A DNA stretch of 57,493 bases, counting the filler, from Dugesia japonica (taxonomy: Eukaryota): the NCBI GenBank assembly GCA_001938525.1. It is 4 parts of 4 records of this genome, joined end to end, with 100 filler letters (N's around TTAATTAATTAA, not from the genome) between each part and the next. Parts side by side here need not be neighbours in the genome. Positions count along the whole stretch, not along the records: positions 1 to 16,751 come from MQRL01628762.1; 3 more parts are not named here. The stretch is one strand, 5' to 3'. A program made the translations under genes and the position numbers. The notes below the pieces were generated by a model that did no database searches, was not told the DNA's origin, and was given only the letters and a program-made list of their open reading frames with translations. Shown here one piece after another: positions 1 to 12,796 of the stretch. Each line of letters starts with the position of its first letter. The stretch's first letter is position 1.

Positions 1-244
1 ACCTTAACAACCCAAACACACACAAATTTTAAAATTTAAAAATACACACACACAAACTATCAGGATAAAAAAAAGTGATCGATCAAAAAAAATTTGATCC
101 GATCAAAAATTTTTTGATCCCAAAAATCGTAGAAAAAAAAAACCATCCCAAAAAAAACAGTCAGAAAAAAACAGTCACAATCCTAATGTGTTTTCGAGCC
201 CCCAGTGCTATGTGAGTGTGACCGTGCGCTTCTATCCCCCTACT
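1..244 (-). mobile_element. Polinton/Maverick-like terminus
   Basis: Reverse complement begins AGTAGGGGGATAGAAGCGCAC. About 110 bp is shared with 42410-42512 (tttgatcccaaaaatc...cacaatcStaatgtgttt..agccccc). Confidence 0.55.
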
Positions 245-697
245 CTTATCAATAAAGTCATCGTTGATGTCACTAACAGGTGGACTGCACGTATGGCTTG
301 GGGTCGACCAAGTTATGTTTTATGTTTGCTTATCTTGCTTTTACTATTACTATTAAATTCTATTTTATTATCCGATATTAACGCAATTGATTATCGTGAA
401 ATCTGACTTTCATGTTTTCTATTTTTAATTATTAAATTTTTTTTTTCTAATTAGTCCATTACTTTTACTTTCTACTTTATAACTAACATAGAAATAATTT
501 CATGGTTTTTTCACTAAAGAAATCATTCTACTAATACGTTTGCAAAACCTCCGTTATTATTTTAGTAGGTTCTCAGATATAAACAATATAAAATACTGAA
601 TTTCTCTAATTTCTAATAAAATTTAACAAAATATTAAAACAACAAAGTTTAATGCGAGCAGTCACGGCTTTATTCAAGCACCCTCAAACAAATCAAT

Positions 698-968
698 TAG
701 AGTTTTCGATATCCAATAAATTGGGAATGTTTTTTATTAATGTCTTTGATTATTCTTTATTTCAAATATTTTACTTGATCCTCTTTCATAAACAATATTA
801 TTTTCTTACCTCTACCTAATGGTTTGGAATTATCGTTTTTAATTGTAAAAGATTCACCAGCTGATGATTCCCATAGATATTGTTCATCATCATTGCACTT
901 AGAAATTACTTGAACTTTATCTGCAACTAAATATGATGAATAGAAACCAACATCCATTTGCCTGATGA
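698..968 (-). pseudogene. hsp90: HSP90 N-terminal ATPase-domain fragment
   Basis: [70 protein letters not shown]; IGQFGVG motif degraded, in-frame stop, truncated at both ends. Confidence 0.88.
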
Positions 969-971
969 TAT

Positions 972-1256
972 AAATATGAAAGTGATAGTTACAATAATAA
1001 AACTCAATTTCACACTTTGAAACATGCTGTGGGAGATATTGTAGAGAAGAAAACTATTTTACCTCCGAAAATATATAAAATTGCAAAAGATTATTTTTTG
1101 AAAAATTTTGATAATTATAAGAATATTTGCTCGAGAATTATTCAACATGACAATAAGGAATGCAATGATGGATATTCTCAAACGGTTAAAGTGAATTTTA
1201 GTCTTGAAAAAAACAGATTATTGAAAATAATGAGATCATTAAAACAAAGATTGTAA
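972..1256 (+). pseudogene. Possible C-terminal fragment of a UBE2Z-like E2 enzyme
   Basis: [19 protein letters not shown]...LPPKIYKIAKDYFLKNFDNYKNIC resembles, by eye, the UBE2Z C-terminal extension (YNECIRHETIRVAVCDM..FLEYYDFY..C). No catalytic core is present. Confidence 0.4.
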
Positions 1257-1280
1257 AATAAATAAAAATCTTATGTTAAA

Positions 1281-2282
1281 TATTTTGTTGTCACATATGA
1301 AATTTCCGATTACGTAATAGACAATAAAATCAATAAAAGTCCAATAAAATCAAATTTTATTTAAGTAAAATAGTCACTATCGGATTCTACACCTTTTTTT
1401 AAGTTTTAATTTGTTTCAATTTTTAAGTCTGTCAACTTTTGTAACGTCCTCTTTGCCACATGTAGTCAAGAATTATCATGCAAGAGGATGATTTATTTCC
1501 TATTTACCAATGAAGGCTGTTTAATGCATAATTTGTTGTGCAATAATTCAATTTCAGAATAGTATGTGTCTGAGTTAATATTTTGACCGTCTTCTAAAAA
1601 AGAAAAATGTATGACTCCCGCTATAGCCCACTAAACTGTCAGCATTTTATTTTTCGAGTGTAAATCCGGTTTAAGACAGTGTAAAAGAGGTTGATCGGCA
1701 TCTAATTATTGTGCAGAACGTCTACGATTGTGATGAACAACCCATTTTTCATCACAAGTGACCATGCGATCTAAAAAAGATTCCGATTTATTTTGATCCA
1801 GCAGGATTTGGCAAATTTTCAATCTTTGAGATTTTAGGGAATTATTCAATAAATGAGGAACCCATTGGTCCATCTCTTTTTTCTTTCAAATGATGGGAAA
1901 TTGTTTGACGACTAACGTCTAACGTTTCACTAATTTTTCGTACTGATTGACTAGTGTTTAGTTCCACTTCACGTTTTACATCGTCGTTGCTAATGACAAC
2001 CCCGGGGCGCCCCTCTTTATATTGACCCGGGTTAAATCACCCTTTTGAAATTTGTCGAACCATCTCCGAAGAGTTCTTTCATTAGCTGAACCCTCTCCAA
2101 AAGCAAAATTAATGTTTCGGGCAGCGTCTATTGGGTTTATGCTTTAATTTCCATTCATATAAAAATAATGTTCGCATTTCCGTTTTTTTAGCTTAAGTTC
2201 TAAATGTTAAATATTAAATAAAAATAAATTAGTTAAAAAAACGAGTTCTAAAATCGGACATTTTATATGTGACAATCTAATA
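1281..2282 (-). mobile_element. Internally deleted mariner with both TIRs
   Basis: ~30-bp TIRs (ttgtcacatatgaaatttccgatt at 1288-1311 / aatcggacattttatatgtgacaa at 2252-2275), TA at both ends; decayed transposase with WVPH, VTCDEKW and ILLHDN motifs. Confidence 0.9.
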
Positions 2283-2703
2283 ATTTGTTTTCTTTTTTAT
2301 TCTGTTAAATTGGAAACTTTATAGTTTATTTTATTTCAACTAATAATAGTTAACTATAATTTATTTCTTTACCATAATACATTCTTCTTCATAAGTCAAC
2401 CAACAAATTCAATTTCAACAATCAATTTAAATCTTTGTTATTACAGTCAGCCTTCTATAATCTAAACACAAACTAACGCGCTTTCTTTTTACTTTGTTAT
2501 ATGCTTACCTCAATCTTGATCGAAAAAAGTCGCTTTCCTTACTGATTTTGCATTGTTTTCAAGTAATATTTTCCCAACAAGCAGCTAAATATTTTTCCTG
2601 ATATTTCTTCTAGTCAATGCTTTAAGATTCAATTATTACAATAAATCTTCTGCAATATTACAAATAATCAAAATCAATATTTCTTTACAAAATTTCATAA
2701 AAC

Positions 2704-4409
2704 TGTTAGGGTTTTACCCTAGGTCGGTTAATTATTATATCACTAAATCTAGGGGGTCGAATTTTATGTTAAATTTAATCTAGGGCTAATGAACTGGTAA
2801 AATCCCGCGATGAATTTGAATCTGGTGTCCCCAAAAAATCCAGATTTTCGGAATGGAGCCGTTGACTCGGAATCCAAGTACAGACTCGCACTCATTTGGT
2901 TTGGGTCCAAATTGCATGATACTCGCTTGAATTACAAATTATACTTATTACTTATTTGTCATTAGCTTATTAAATTTCAGCTTATAACTTGATCATCAGG
3001 TTTCTCGTTATCTATTAGTGAGGTTCTAACTAATTAAAATCTTTCGTATTAGTGATTAATATTTTTAACGGAATTTATTTACTACTTGTAGGTTAAAAAT
3101 TAATACCCTATAATTTTACTGTTATAAGGAATAGCAGAATTCAACGAGTGAAAAAATTATATTCTAAATTTTTATGGTTACTAATCCATAAATTTTACAA
3201 TTATAACAAACAACTAACGTGACTGAATCCCGATCTGGAGCAAGCACAACATTTGAATGGACTGATTTTTTAACAAAACGTAACGACTCGAAGAGTCTGC
3301 CATGACTGTTTCTTCTCAAGTCGGAAATCGTTACTTTTGATGAATAACAAAAATTACCGTTTTTTGAATCAATTATTCGCTTCAAAAATAAATTAAATTG
3401 TATTTGTTACACTGGGTAAATTAGCCATATTATTTGATGAAAATGCATCGGTATATATACTGGTTTATCTTCACACCCCCATTCCGCTTATTGGTTATTT
3501 GGAGTCTTACGATTTTTCTGACATTTCTATTGGCTTGAACGTCTCGTGAGTTCTTTTTATTGGTGATTATTTTAGGATATACAAATTATTGGTCAATCTT
3601 TAAACCCTTAAAACTTTTTTCCCTTTCTTGCCATGATTTTCTAACTCTGACTTTTAAATTCACTGATTTTTTCTCGATCAGAAACTTCTAAATTGATAAT
3701 TTCGGCACCACCGGAAGTCGTCGTTTTTGCCATTTTTCACTAAATGATTATTTTTCTTTTAAAAATAATTTATTTTAAATTGTTCGATTTATTTAATTTA
3801 AATAAATAAATTATTTATTTTATTTTCTTGGTGCATCTTAATTAAATGTTTGTATCTTTGTTTCTTGATTAGTTTTTAATCTAATTTCACTGTTTTCTTC
3901 TATTAATTAATTCATTTAATTAATTTTTCTTTCCTCATATATTAATTCCATGTGATTTTCTTGATTTTGACTAATGCAAAAATGGTTGATCATTAGTTTT
4001 TGTCGTCCTGCCACATCTTTTATTACTTCTTTTCTTCTTTGGTTTACTTATTTCGGAGTTGTTTCTTGCTGTGATTTTGGTTATTTCGTTGGTTTTGATT
4101 ACCAATCTTGATTTTCCTTTTCATTATTTCCTTCTTTTTATTAATGAATCAGTTCCTTGGCCATCGTTTATTATTTACTTTGTTGGCTTTTTTATTTCCT
4201 CATTATCTCCTGCTGTATTTCTAGTTTTTTCGTTTTTCGCACGAATTTTGGCCTTCTTATCTAATTTTGACTTTCGTCATTCTTCTCTCCAACTAGATTA
4301 TGCCCTTCTTGGGTCCGATTTCTTCATTTTCTTTTCTAATGTAGATTTTTCGAATTTCATGCTTACTCACGCCATTTTACACGCCTCAGGCTAGTGTTTC
4401 ACCCCAACA
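2704..4409. mobile_element. Candidate solo LTR or retroelement fragment
   Basis: TGTTAGGGT...ACCCCAACA inverted ends with AAAC on both sides (2700-03 and 4410-13); interior has Lys-rich and Cys/His minus-strand coding debris. Confidence 0.45.
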
Positions 4410-4999
4410 AAACTGTAAATAAATACTTCAATGACATACTAAAAATTTATGTTAAAAAAATTATTAACAATTAAAATTTAAAAATTTAACTGAAACCATA
4501 TTAAAATAAATAGAAAAAATGAAATTAAATATTTTTTTAAAAATTAAAGAATTAAAATAGTTTTTTTAAAATTCAATTTCCAATAATAGTATAAAAATTT
4601 GATTACTCACTTATATTAAAAAAATAATAAATTTACAAAAATAATTTTTACAAGAATTAAAATAATTTCTGTTAAAAATAATTTTCAGTAATAGTGTACA
4701 AATTCTAGTGACAAGTTAAATTAAGGAAAATTAAATTTCATAAATATAAAATCAATAATTTTATTAATTTATACAAAAAATAAATAATTTGATCTCAATT
4801 AAACAAGCATAAAAATGCATCAATTAAAACAGAAGTAATTATTACGCAACTTTTATATAATTATTAGGCAGTCATGGCGTTATCATTGCATATTCAATAT
4901 GTAATCAACACAGCATTTTAACCAATCAAATTGCAGTATTACAGCCTTAATACGTAATTACACACCTAAATTCTAGATCAATATCATTTAAGTCTCAAT

Positions 5000-5590
5000 T
5001 ATGTTTCTACACAATGAAGGTTAGTGAGGTTGTGCGGACATATCTATCTGCCAATATTGTGTCATATAGAATTTCGACAAATGGCAACTCATATAAAAGA
5101 AAATTATGATATTTAAGTTCTGGAGTAAATTGTAAAAGCGATTACTCAAAGTTGAATAAATTGTCAATTAAGAAAAACACATACATTGAAATAAAATAAA
5201 ATTTATTAGTATTCCAGCTTATGATATCTTTAAAATCATTTATATTGATTTCTGTGGTTCTTAAAAATAAACCATAAATGGAAAACAATACTTTTAGCTA
5301 TAGTTGATAAATTCTGTACATATATCTTGCTCAATGTGGTATCACATCAAGTTGCAAAATCGACTGTTAAAATATAATTTTATTTTGAAAGATGGTGCCA
5401 CTAGAATAATATATTCAATTCGTGGAAAATCATTTGAATTAAATCTATTCCAACAATTAGCAAATGAAAATAATTGTGACCTCCAATATTCAAGTCTATT
5501 TCATCATAGTAGTAACGGAATGATTGAAAGATAATTTCGTGCGATAAGAGATTCAATTCATATTAGCTTACAAGATAAAAAAATTGCAGA
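5000..5590 (+). mobile_element. Gypsy integrase remnant
   Basis: CQLRK, IYIDFCG, IYSIRGKSFE and SSLFHHSSNGMIER*FRAIRD motifs with stops and frameshifts. Confidence 0.8.
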
Positions 5591-7199
5591 AATTATTTAT
5601 AAATACTTCAATTAATTATACATAAGCTATCCTTGTAAATATTGATTTCTTATATATTAACAGTGGATAATTCAACACATAAAATCGATTCAATCTATGC
5701 TATTTACTCTTCCCAGAATTAATTTATCTATTCTAATTTGTAATTTGATTGTATTACTAACTATATCTGTTTAAACAATTGCTCAAATAACTGATTCAAT
5801 TGATCATTGTTGTCAAGGTGATACAGGTTATCAAAATTTGTATTCAAATGCTGATATTTAACATTGATCATATGATCGAAAACTCATTACTAAATGTATA
5901 ATATTGCACAGTAAATATTTATTTTATTTAATAATTGCATAATCAAAAAAAATTCATTAATTGTCTATGAGATTAATTGGTAACTAAACAATAAATATTT
6001 ATTATCACTAATAATCATTAAAAATAATATTATTAATAATAAATAATAATTTTATTATAATCATATAATATTCAGTATAATTATTTAAACCTTTGTTTGA
6101 ATAATACAAATTGAATAATCTCATATTTATCATTTTGTCAAATGATGACGAATGTAGATTCGTCAAAATTTATTANNNNNNNNNNNNNNNNNNNNNNNNN
6201 NNNNNNNNNNNNNNNNNNNNNNNNNNNNNNNNNTTTTACATATGTAATAAATAATAACATAATAAATTTCTTTAAAATTTTTAATGTCTATCAGTTTAAA
6301 TAAATATTTTTTTTATTTAAAATGTTTTCTCTATGAATTCTCAATTTTTCTCTAAAGATATCCAAAAACAAAATTTTAATTATTCTAATTGTAAAAAATT
6401 TTAAATATTAATTTGTCTCAATGTTCATTTTTCAGTAGCAACAAAAGATCAAAACCATATCCTTATCAATTGTATGTTATTTAATTGTTTCAATTTTTTC
6501 CTTATCTTATTTGTCTTATCTATTTAATTAAACATTGTTAAGATTTCTATCTTTGTATCAACATTATATCATAATGATACAAATAATTATGCATTAGTTT
6601 GATTTACATTTTCGCCTAAAAGAAAATCAGTAAATTCTAAAGTTGTACCGGATTTATTTAGACTAAATTTTAGAGTAATAAAATTAATCGGATAAAAAAA
6701 ATAATTTCTAGAAATATATTATTCGTAAAGATTTTCAATCGACATCAAATTTATAAACAAAAATTAATATTATAGATTGCTTTTTGTTACTTATTTGTTA
6801 GTATAAAAGTTTTAGAATAATTGATAACTTTCAGTGTGTAATATCTTAGACGTTATTAATTTTACCATTAAACATGAAATATCGGTGTTTTCATTATTGA
6901 TACAGTTAAAAGAAACCTAATAATTTTATGGATTTACCTATTAATTATTAAATGCATAGTGGGGGGTGGCAATCTGACAGTTTTCCTGTCTTTGTATATA
7001 ACATATCTAGAAAAACTCTTGTACGCTTTATATAGGAATTTAATTTCATAAATGAGAAAATATCAAATATGAAAATAAATATTATAAAATAAAATACTAT
7101 AATCTAGTAATTTAGTCATAAAAATAATGTAATCAATTTACAGAAAATAACAGAAGATTTTAATTTAATTATTTTTAGACAATTGAAAGTGTAAGTTAA

Positions 7200-7720
7200 A
7201 GAAAGTAATCAAATAACAGAGAACGTATTGTGGAAATTGTCAATTATCTAAAACTATGGACCTCAATAGTTGAGGCAATCATTAAGGCATTTGGCAAACG
7301 TTACAGATTTGAAAAGATATCATTTGCTATTAAACTTTGAAGGTGTTCTGCATTTTAATAATTCATTAGTAATTGTAATAGCGAGAAATTTGTCACATTT
7401 ATTTCAGAGCTTGATGAAATTTTGATAAACCACCATAAAATATTAACAGTAAACATTTTTATGGCAAATACTCGATCTCTTTCGTTTACGATATCACGAG
7501 TAAATATCGAAAAACTAAAATATCAGGTAGCCTTTCTATCACCTTACTTATTTATGTTGAAAACAGTGGAATTTTTCTATAGTAAAATAAAAATAATTGT
7601 TAAAAAATAATTCAGTAAAAAGTATACAGAAATTAATCATGTTCCGATTTGACACGAACAATTAAAGAGATATTAACAAAGGAATGATGTTGCTTAATAA
7701 GAATATATTTTGTGTTTGTT
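7200..7720 (+). mobile_element. Tc1/IS630-like transposase remnant
   Basis: IFMANTR...VAFLSPYLFMLKTVEFFYSKIK is a decayed DNA.FH / FLPPYSP.LNPIE..FSK.K. Confidence 0.6.
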
Positions 7721-8120
7721 ATGAATACGCATGGTTTTGATTAATAGACGATTATCGCGGAACCTTCGTATTAAAATTTTAGTGATTAATTAATCTGTTT
7801 CAAGAAGTATTCTAATTTTATTTATATAAATGATATAATTTAAAATCTGCTTAAGAGTTATTAACATCCAATGATTGTTTATAGGACAAAAAAATTGAGA
7901 AATTCTTCAAATTATCAAATATAAAAATTTGATAATAGATATACAATATTTGCTCATATTAATTTGTAAAAAATGATTACGTATTAGCCAAGTAATTCCA
8001 AACTAGTAAAAACGGTTCAGTGATTAAATAAAGATAGACAATAAATTAAAATAATACCAAATATTTATTGAAAATACTAGTTTTAAGTAATAACAATACG
8101 TAGAAATTTTCAGTTCTCTT

Positions 8121-8300
8121 AGTAGATAGGAGCGCACAGTGCCACTTCTCCTCGCCGACAATGTGGTGCCAGGGTTTTACTTTTTGATTGGTCGACACAA
8201 ATACTATTCCTAAACACGCATTCATATTACAATATTAATGATTTTTAATATTGTAATATGAATGCAACATAAAAAAAACACAAATCTGGGAATTTTTAAA
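8121..8300 (+). mobile_element. Polinton-like left terminus with 21-bp perfect hairpin
   Basis: Starts AGTAGATAGGAGCGCACAGTGCC; perfect stem 8218-8238 / 8245-8265. Confidence 0.5.
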
Positions 8301-8580
8301 ACTACTCAAACCACTAAAATATTACAATAATCCGTGGTAACTATGTAAATTAATAAATGATAACTAATAATAAATTAATTTATAAAAATTTATATTCAAA
8401 TTACTATAATTGTAATATTTAGAATTGTGATAATATGAAATTAAACAATCAATAAATATAGTAATTGCTTAATTTCATATAACCATAATTCTTATTATAG
8501 TAATTATAGTAATATTAAATTAAAATTCATTTGTTAATTTCAAATTCATTTAGTAATACAAATTAAACAATCAATATATT

Positions 8581-8990
8581 TATCTTCCCGTCATCTCTGC
8601 GCCAGAGTTCAAGAGCATAGTCGAAATAGTGGTAATAGTAATATTATTGAGCATCGAAGAAAATGTACAAAATCAATATGTTGTTCAGATTTTAAAATTT
8701 TGTGCAGTGGATTTAATAATTATTGGGAGAGAGTGATGTGCGAAGGTTTGTTGATACGGGCATTAAATCCTAAAATTAATATTCAGTTGACAGATTCAAC
8801 ATTGCTCTTAAAATTATTTTATTGAAATTTTTTATTGAGATTGTACAATTGAAATTATATAATCATTTAAACTTTGTAAAACGTTTGTTTTAATATTGTG
8901 TAATTGCCTGACGATGACGGTTATTCCGTCGAAATTGATAGCAAATAAATATTTTAAAAAATGGTTGTCAATTATTTATTTAAAAATATT
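8581..8990 (+). mobile_element. Penelope-like element 3' end (GIY-YIG C-terminal half plus pLTR)
   Basis: SSRHLCARVQEH..SNIIEHRRKC..FKILC..WERVMCEGLLIRALNPKINIQ..LKLFY*, followed by a hammerhead core. Confidence 0.85.
8904..8944 (+). ncRNA. Minimal type I hammerhead ribozyme (Penelope-associated)
   Basis: TTGC-CTGACGA-T-GACGG ttatt CCGTC-GAA-ATtgAT-A-GCAA; stems I, II and III all pair. Confidence 0.8.
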
Positions 8991-9526
8991 ACTCGAGTTT
9001 TTTTATTTTTCGAGTTTTTAAATATATTTATCTATTGTAAAATTTTATATTTACTTTAAATATTTACTTTGAAGTAAATTTAAAGGAACTTTCTTATCAG
9101 TTCCAAGAAAAAATTATTTTGTTTTCAAATAAATTGTTAATAAATAATCAATAATAACTTATTAATAATAATGATGAAATTAAATGAAAATAAATAATTA
9201 ATAATAATCAAAATGATAATGAACAATCAATGAAAACAATAAATATTTTATTTTAAAACTTATTCGACATCTTCAACTATTATCATTGAATTATATGAGA
9301 AATTCTCGAACAATATCTTTCACAAACAGCATAAATAATTTTACTAATCAAAATGAATATATTCAAATCCCATTTATTTGGAATAAAAGAATTTATATTC
9401 TAAATCTGATGTTAAAAGCTTTACAAACCGTCTAATCCTCAATTCATTAAAACATTTCGAAAAACATTGATTTTTGGCATCAAGATTTAAATACCTATCC
9501 AGTCCCATTTTGTACAAATATGATAG

Positions 9527-10280
9527 TATGACACGCTTCTCAACAATATTATACAAATTAAAAGATTTTATTCTTACAACTTATAAAGCTAAACCCAATA
9601 AAAAAGTATTGATACTTAGTTCAATGCATTCATCCGTTGAAATTGAAAAAAATGACACCCGTATATCAGAGACAATTAGATTTTAGAATAGCACAAAATT
9701 CGGTGTAGATGTAACCGATCAAATGGCGAGAAAATATAGTGTAAAATCTACATGTCAAAGATGGCCTTTACAGGCATTTTTCAATATCTTAGATTTAGCC
9801 GGGATAAATGCTTGGATTTTATATATAGAAACAACGGGTGAGGAAATATCGAGGCAAGAGTTTTTATTTCAATTGACAGAAGAACTTGGGACCGAATATC
9901 AGAAGGAGAAACAGATAAGCAAAGAATGCTCATCAAAAACAATAATAAATACAAATACTGCTTCTTCTGAATGGAGATCTTGTCAAATTAGATATTGTAA
10001 AGTCAATAAAACAAACAAAATTTGCATAAAATGTAAAAAATACGCATGTGGAAAATGTGCAATACAAAATGCTGTAATTTGTAAAAAATGTGATGAAAAT
10101 GCATAAAAGTAAATAAAACTTATAACATCGAAAAGCGGGGAACGACTTTTTATTGTATCATCAGAAAAATATTTTGTTTACTATCTACTTTACTAGGATA
10201 CATATGTTTTTTTGAAGCGGTCATTTGACCACTCATAGTAGAATTAGGTATACATGAAATGTGGGTAGGTTTAGTGTTAA
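9527..10280 (+). mobile_element. 5'-truncated piggyBac (transposase C-terminus, 3' TIR, TTAA)
   Basis: KKVLILSSMH, TKFGVDVTDQMARKYS..RWPL..FFNILDLAGINAWILY, C-terminal Cys-rich domain; ends ...GGTTTAGTG-TTAA. Confidence 0.92.
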
Positions 10281-10299
10281 AGAATAATATTTGAAAAAT

Positions 10300-10886
10300 T
10301 CAAATTTGTCAGAATACTTTATCTACTATTTTATTTCAGTCAGAAAAACTTCATCCAAATTACATCAAAACATTCGATCAAATCGACCCCACCGATTAAA
10401 AATGTGACTGATTTCGCCTACAAATCACCAGTGATAAGCCAAATTCGACCAGTTCGAGGAAATATTCGACTGAAACTGAGAAAAACATTGAAAAAATTCA
10501 GGTTGTTCACCCGGATTCTCATAAAAAATCCTTTAACAAACTAAAAAGCTTGAAAAATATTACCGCTTAAAAAGCCTAAATTTTCGAAAATAATTTAGCC
10601 AATTTTTCAAAATAAGATTAAAAGTTATGTAATCACACATAAATTTTTATCTCCAACTAAAAACATAGCAAGGATTTGGACACAGTTTATCCTATTACGT
10701 AAAATCTCGACGATGAAATTAATCCAATTAAATAACTTGAGTGTAAAATATTTTTCCCAACTAAAAACATAAGGAAATTATTGACAAAATTACCTAATAT
10801 GATCTCATTTTTAATTTTCCAACTAAATACACCGGAATTAAGTTTCACTACATCACTAATCCTCGGGGTTCTAATATCTATCTACT
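10300..10886 (-). mobile_element. Polinton-like terminal repeat (family shared with 15314-15950 and 38638-39246)
   Basis: Ends TATCTATCTACT (rc AGTAGATAGATA); cctattacgtaaaatctcgacgatgaaattaatc matches the reverse complement of ~15512-15549 and ~38682-38712. Confidence 0.55.
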
Positions 10887-11160
10887 AACCTTTAGCCTCA
10901 ATTTTTATAGTGAATCATCATTTTTCGTTTAACGTTTATGTCCTTTTTACTTTTTAATTTTCTATCTAAATCTGAAAATCCAATTTTTTACCAGTTTTTT
11001 AGTGGGGAGAACTTATGTAAAGAAAACTTGTTTTCGATGAAACAATAGGTAATTTTTGGTGCTAATTCCAATGGTATCAATATGTTTTAGTATAGAATTA
11101 TTAATTCATTATAATATATACTATTATAATTTTAGTTCCCATTTGATACATATTTTATCT

Positions 11161-11350
11161 CGAGAACAAATTATTATACAGCCGATTAAATGAAAAATTC
11201 ACTGCCAAACGATCATAATGAACTAACAGGTATGGCAAAGTAATATTGTCCTATGACAACACTCGGCCTCATGTCGCAAAACACTTTGCTGAGGCAATAA
11301 AACAGCTGAAATGTGATGTATTATCCCACCCGCCATACTCTCCAAATATT
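11161..11350 (+). mobile_element. Mariner catalytic-domain fragment
   Basis: KVILSYDNTRPHVAK...LKCDVLSHPPYSPNI. Confidence 0.85.
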
Positions 11351-11703
11351 TATAATACATCACCTTTGGTTAATTTCTTGCTCCAATTTTCATTCAATCC
11401 ATAGATATTTTTCATTTTTATATTACATAATTCCGATTGTGTTAAACCATGTTCCTCATCCGCATTTCTGTGTCAGTGTATTTTGTTTAATTTAAAATTA
11501 AAAATATGCGATTTCAATAATTTACACACAAATATAGTTTTCCACTAACACATGGACCCACAATTTTATAGACGGCATGGTTTTTCAATTCTATTTTTAT
11601 TTTATATAAATTACTTTTATGCTTATAGTGTTTAAATGAATCAATTAAAGTAATTTCAACAAAACCCTAGTATATATACATCAATAATTACTATTAATTA
11701 TTA

Positions 11704-12146
11704 ATGATTGTTAATATTGAAAGGGAAAAGTATCACAAGAAGTCACCAAACTATTAAATTTTCTTCAGGAAAACCATCAAAAGTGTTGATAAAAGCAGTA
11801 AATATACTATTATATTCTTTAAATCTAAAAATTGTAGAATAATAGGATGTAAAGAACCTTAAGAAACACAAGATTTACAGCATGATATGAAAAGCATTCC
11901 ATTACAACCATTAACGGTTCTAGTCAACTTGGGGTTAGTAATTAATTTATATTAATTAGACAAAGTAACCAAGTGTATTTATAAACCAGAATTGTTTCCC
12001 ACTTTACTCTTTTGAAATATGATCTTACATGTGTTAATGTATTTTCATCAGGAAAAGTTGTCATTCTTGGACTTAAGAATTTACAATATCAAAATTATGT
12101 TGATGACATAACATCAGATTTATGTAATTTAATTAATAAGATGTGA
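11704..12146 (+). pseudogene. Decayed, intronless, divergent TATA-binding-protein-like gene
   Basis: Manual translation across stops and frameshifts: ..KYTIIFFKSKNCRIIGCKEP*..LQPLTVLVNLGLVINLY*LDKVTKCIYKPELFPTL/LKYDLTCVNVFSSGKVVILGLKNL..*. This matches both TBP repeats (IF.SGK....G.K; YEPELFPGL; IF.SGKVVLTGAK). Confidence 0.75.
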
Positions 12147-12224
12147 ATGATGTCATATCTAATTTGATGTATCAGTTGCTTGAATTCGTATATAAACTAT
12201 TTCAAATTGTAATTAATTTATAAA

Positions 12225-12620
12225 ATGAAAGACTACACTGTTAACTATGACAGTGATGACACTAATGATATGGAGACAGTTGTTTCTAAAGAAGACGATA
12301 CTGAAGCAAAAGATCATGAAGATGACATAGAAATGGATGAAATGAAAAATGAAACATGGTCCAAGGATAAAATAGAACATTTAAATGATACAACAGATAA
12401 AATGAATATAGAAAGATGGTCATAATGGATTAAGGAAGACAAGAAAGAAAAAAGCTTGATTTTTATTAAATAATTGGTTTTTATTGTTTTGTCGAAATGG
12501 CTATTAGAATTCTGGAGAATGAATTCACAAATTTAAATGAAGATTCTGAGTACTGGGCTCTAGAATTTTATTAGATAAAACTTTATAAGTATACAAATTT
12601 TATACATTATTAAATTATTA
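12225..12620 (+). pseudogene. Small acidic ORF remnant directly after the TBP-like gene
   Basis: ATG in AAAATG context 78 nt after the TBP-like stop; D/E-rich 66 aa, continuing as disrupted coding-like sequence. Confidence 0.35.
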
Positions 12621-12796
12621 AATATTATTAAATAAATTCTTTAGAAAACAAGTTTACAATCAAATCAATGTCTATGCACCAACCCGATTGTCAATACAAA
12701 CGAATATGGAGAATAATTAATAAGATTATTCATTTATTTTACTATTGCCATTATTGCGATAATAATTGTTGGACGTAACCATTGATCGTTTTTCAG

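Noticed and set aside
757-957. Functional HSP90 gene or exon
   Set aside because: Damaged GQFGVG motif, in-frame stop and no flanking exons.
4059-4394. Hydrophobic 111-aa membrane-like ORF (also 33169, 45375, 13382)
   Set aside because: Antisense shadows of A-rich TE coding remnants.
8121-10886. Pairing the 8121 and 10886 termini as one element
   Set aside because: Flanks differ (TCTCTT vs AACCTT) and the sequences diverge after the first 9 nt.
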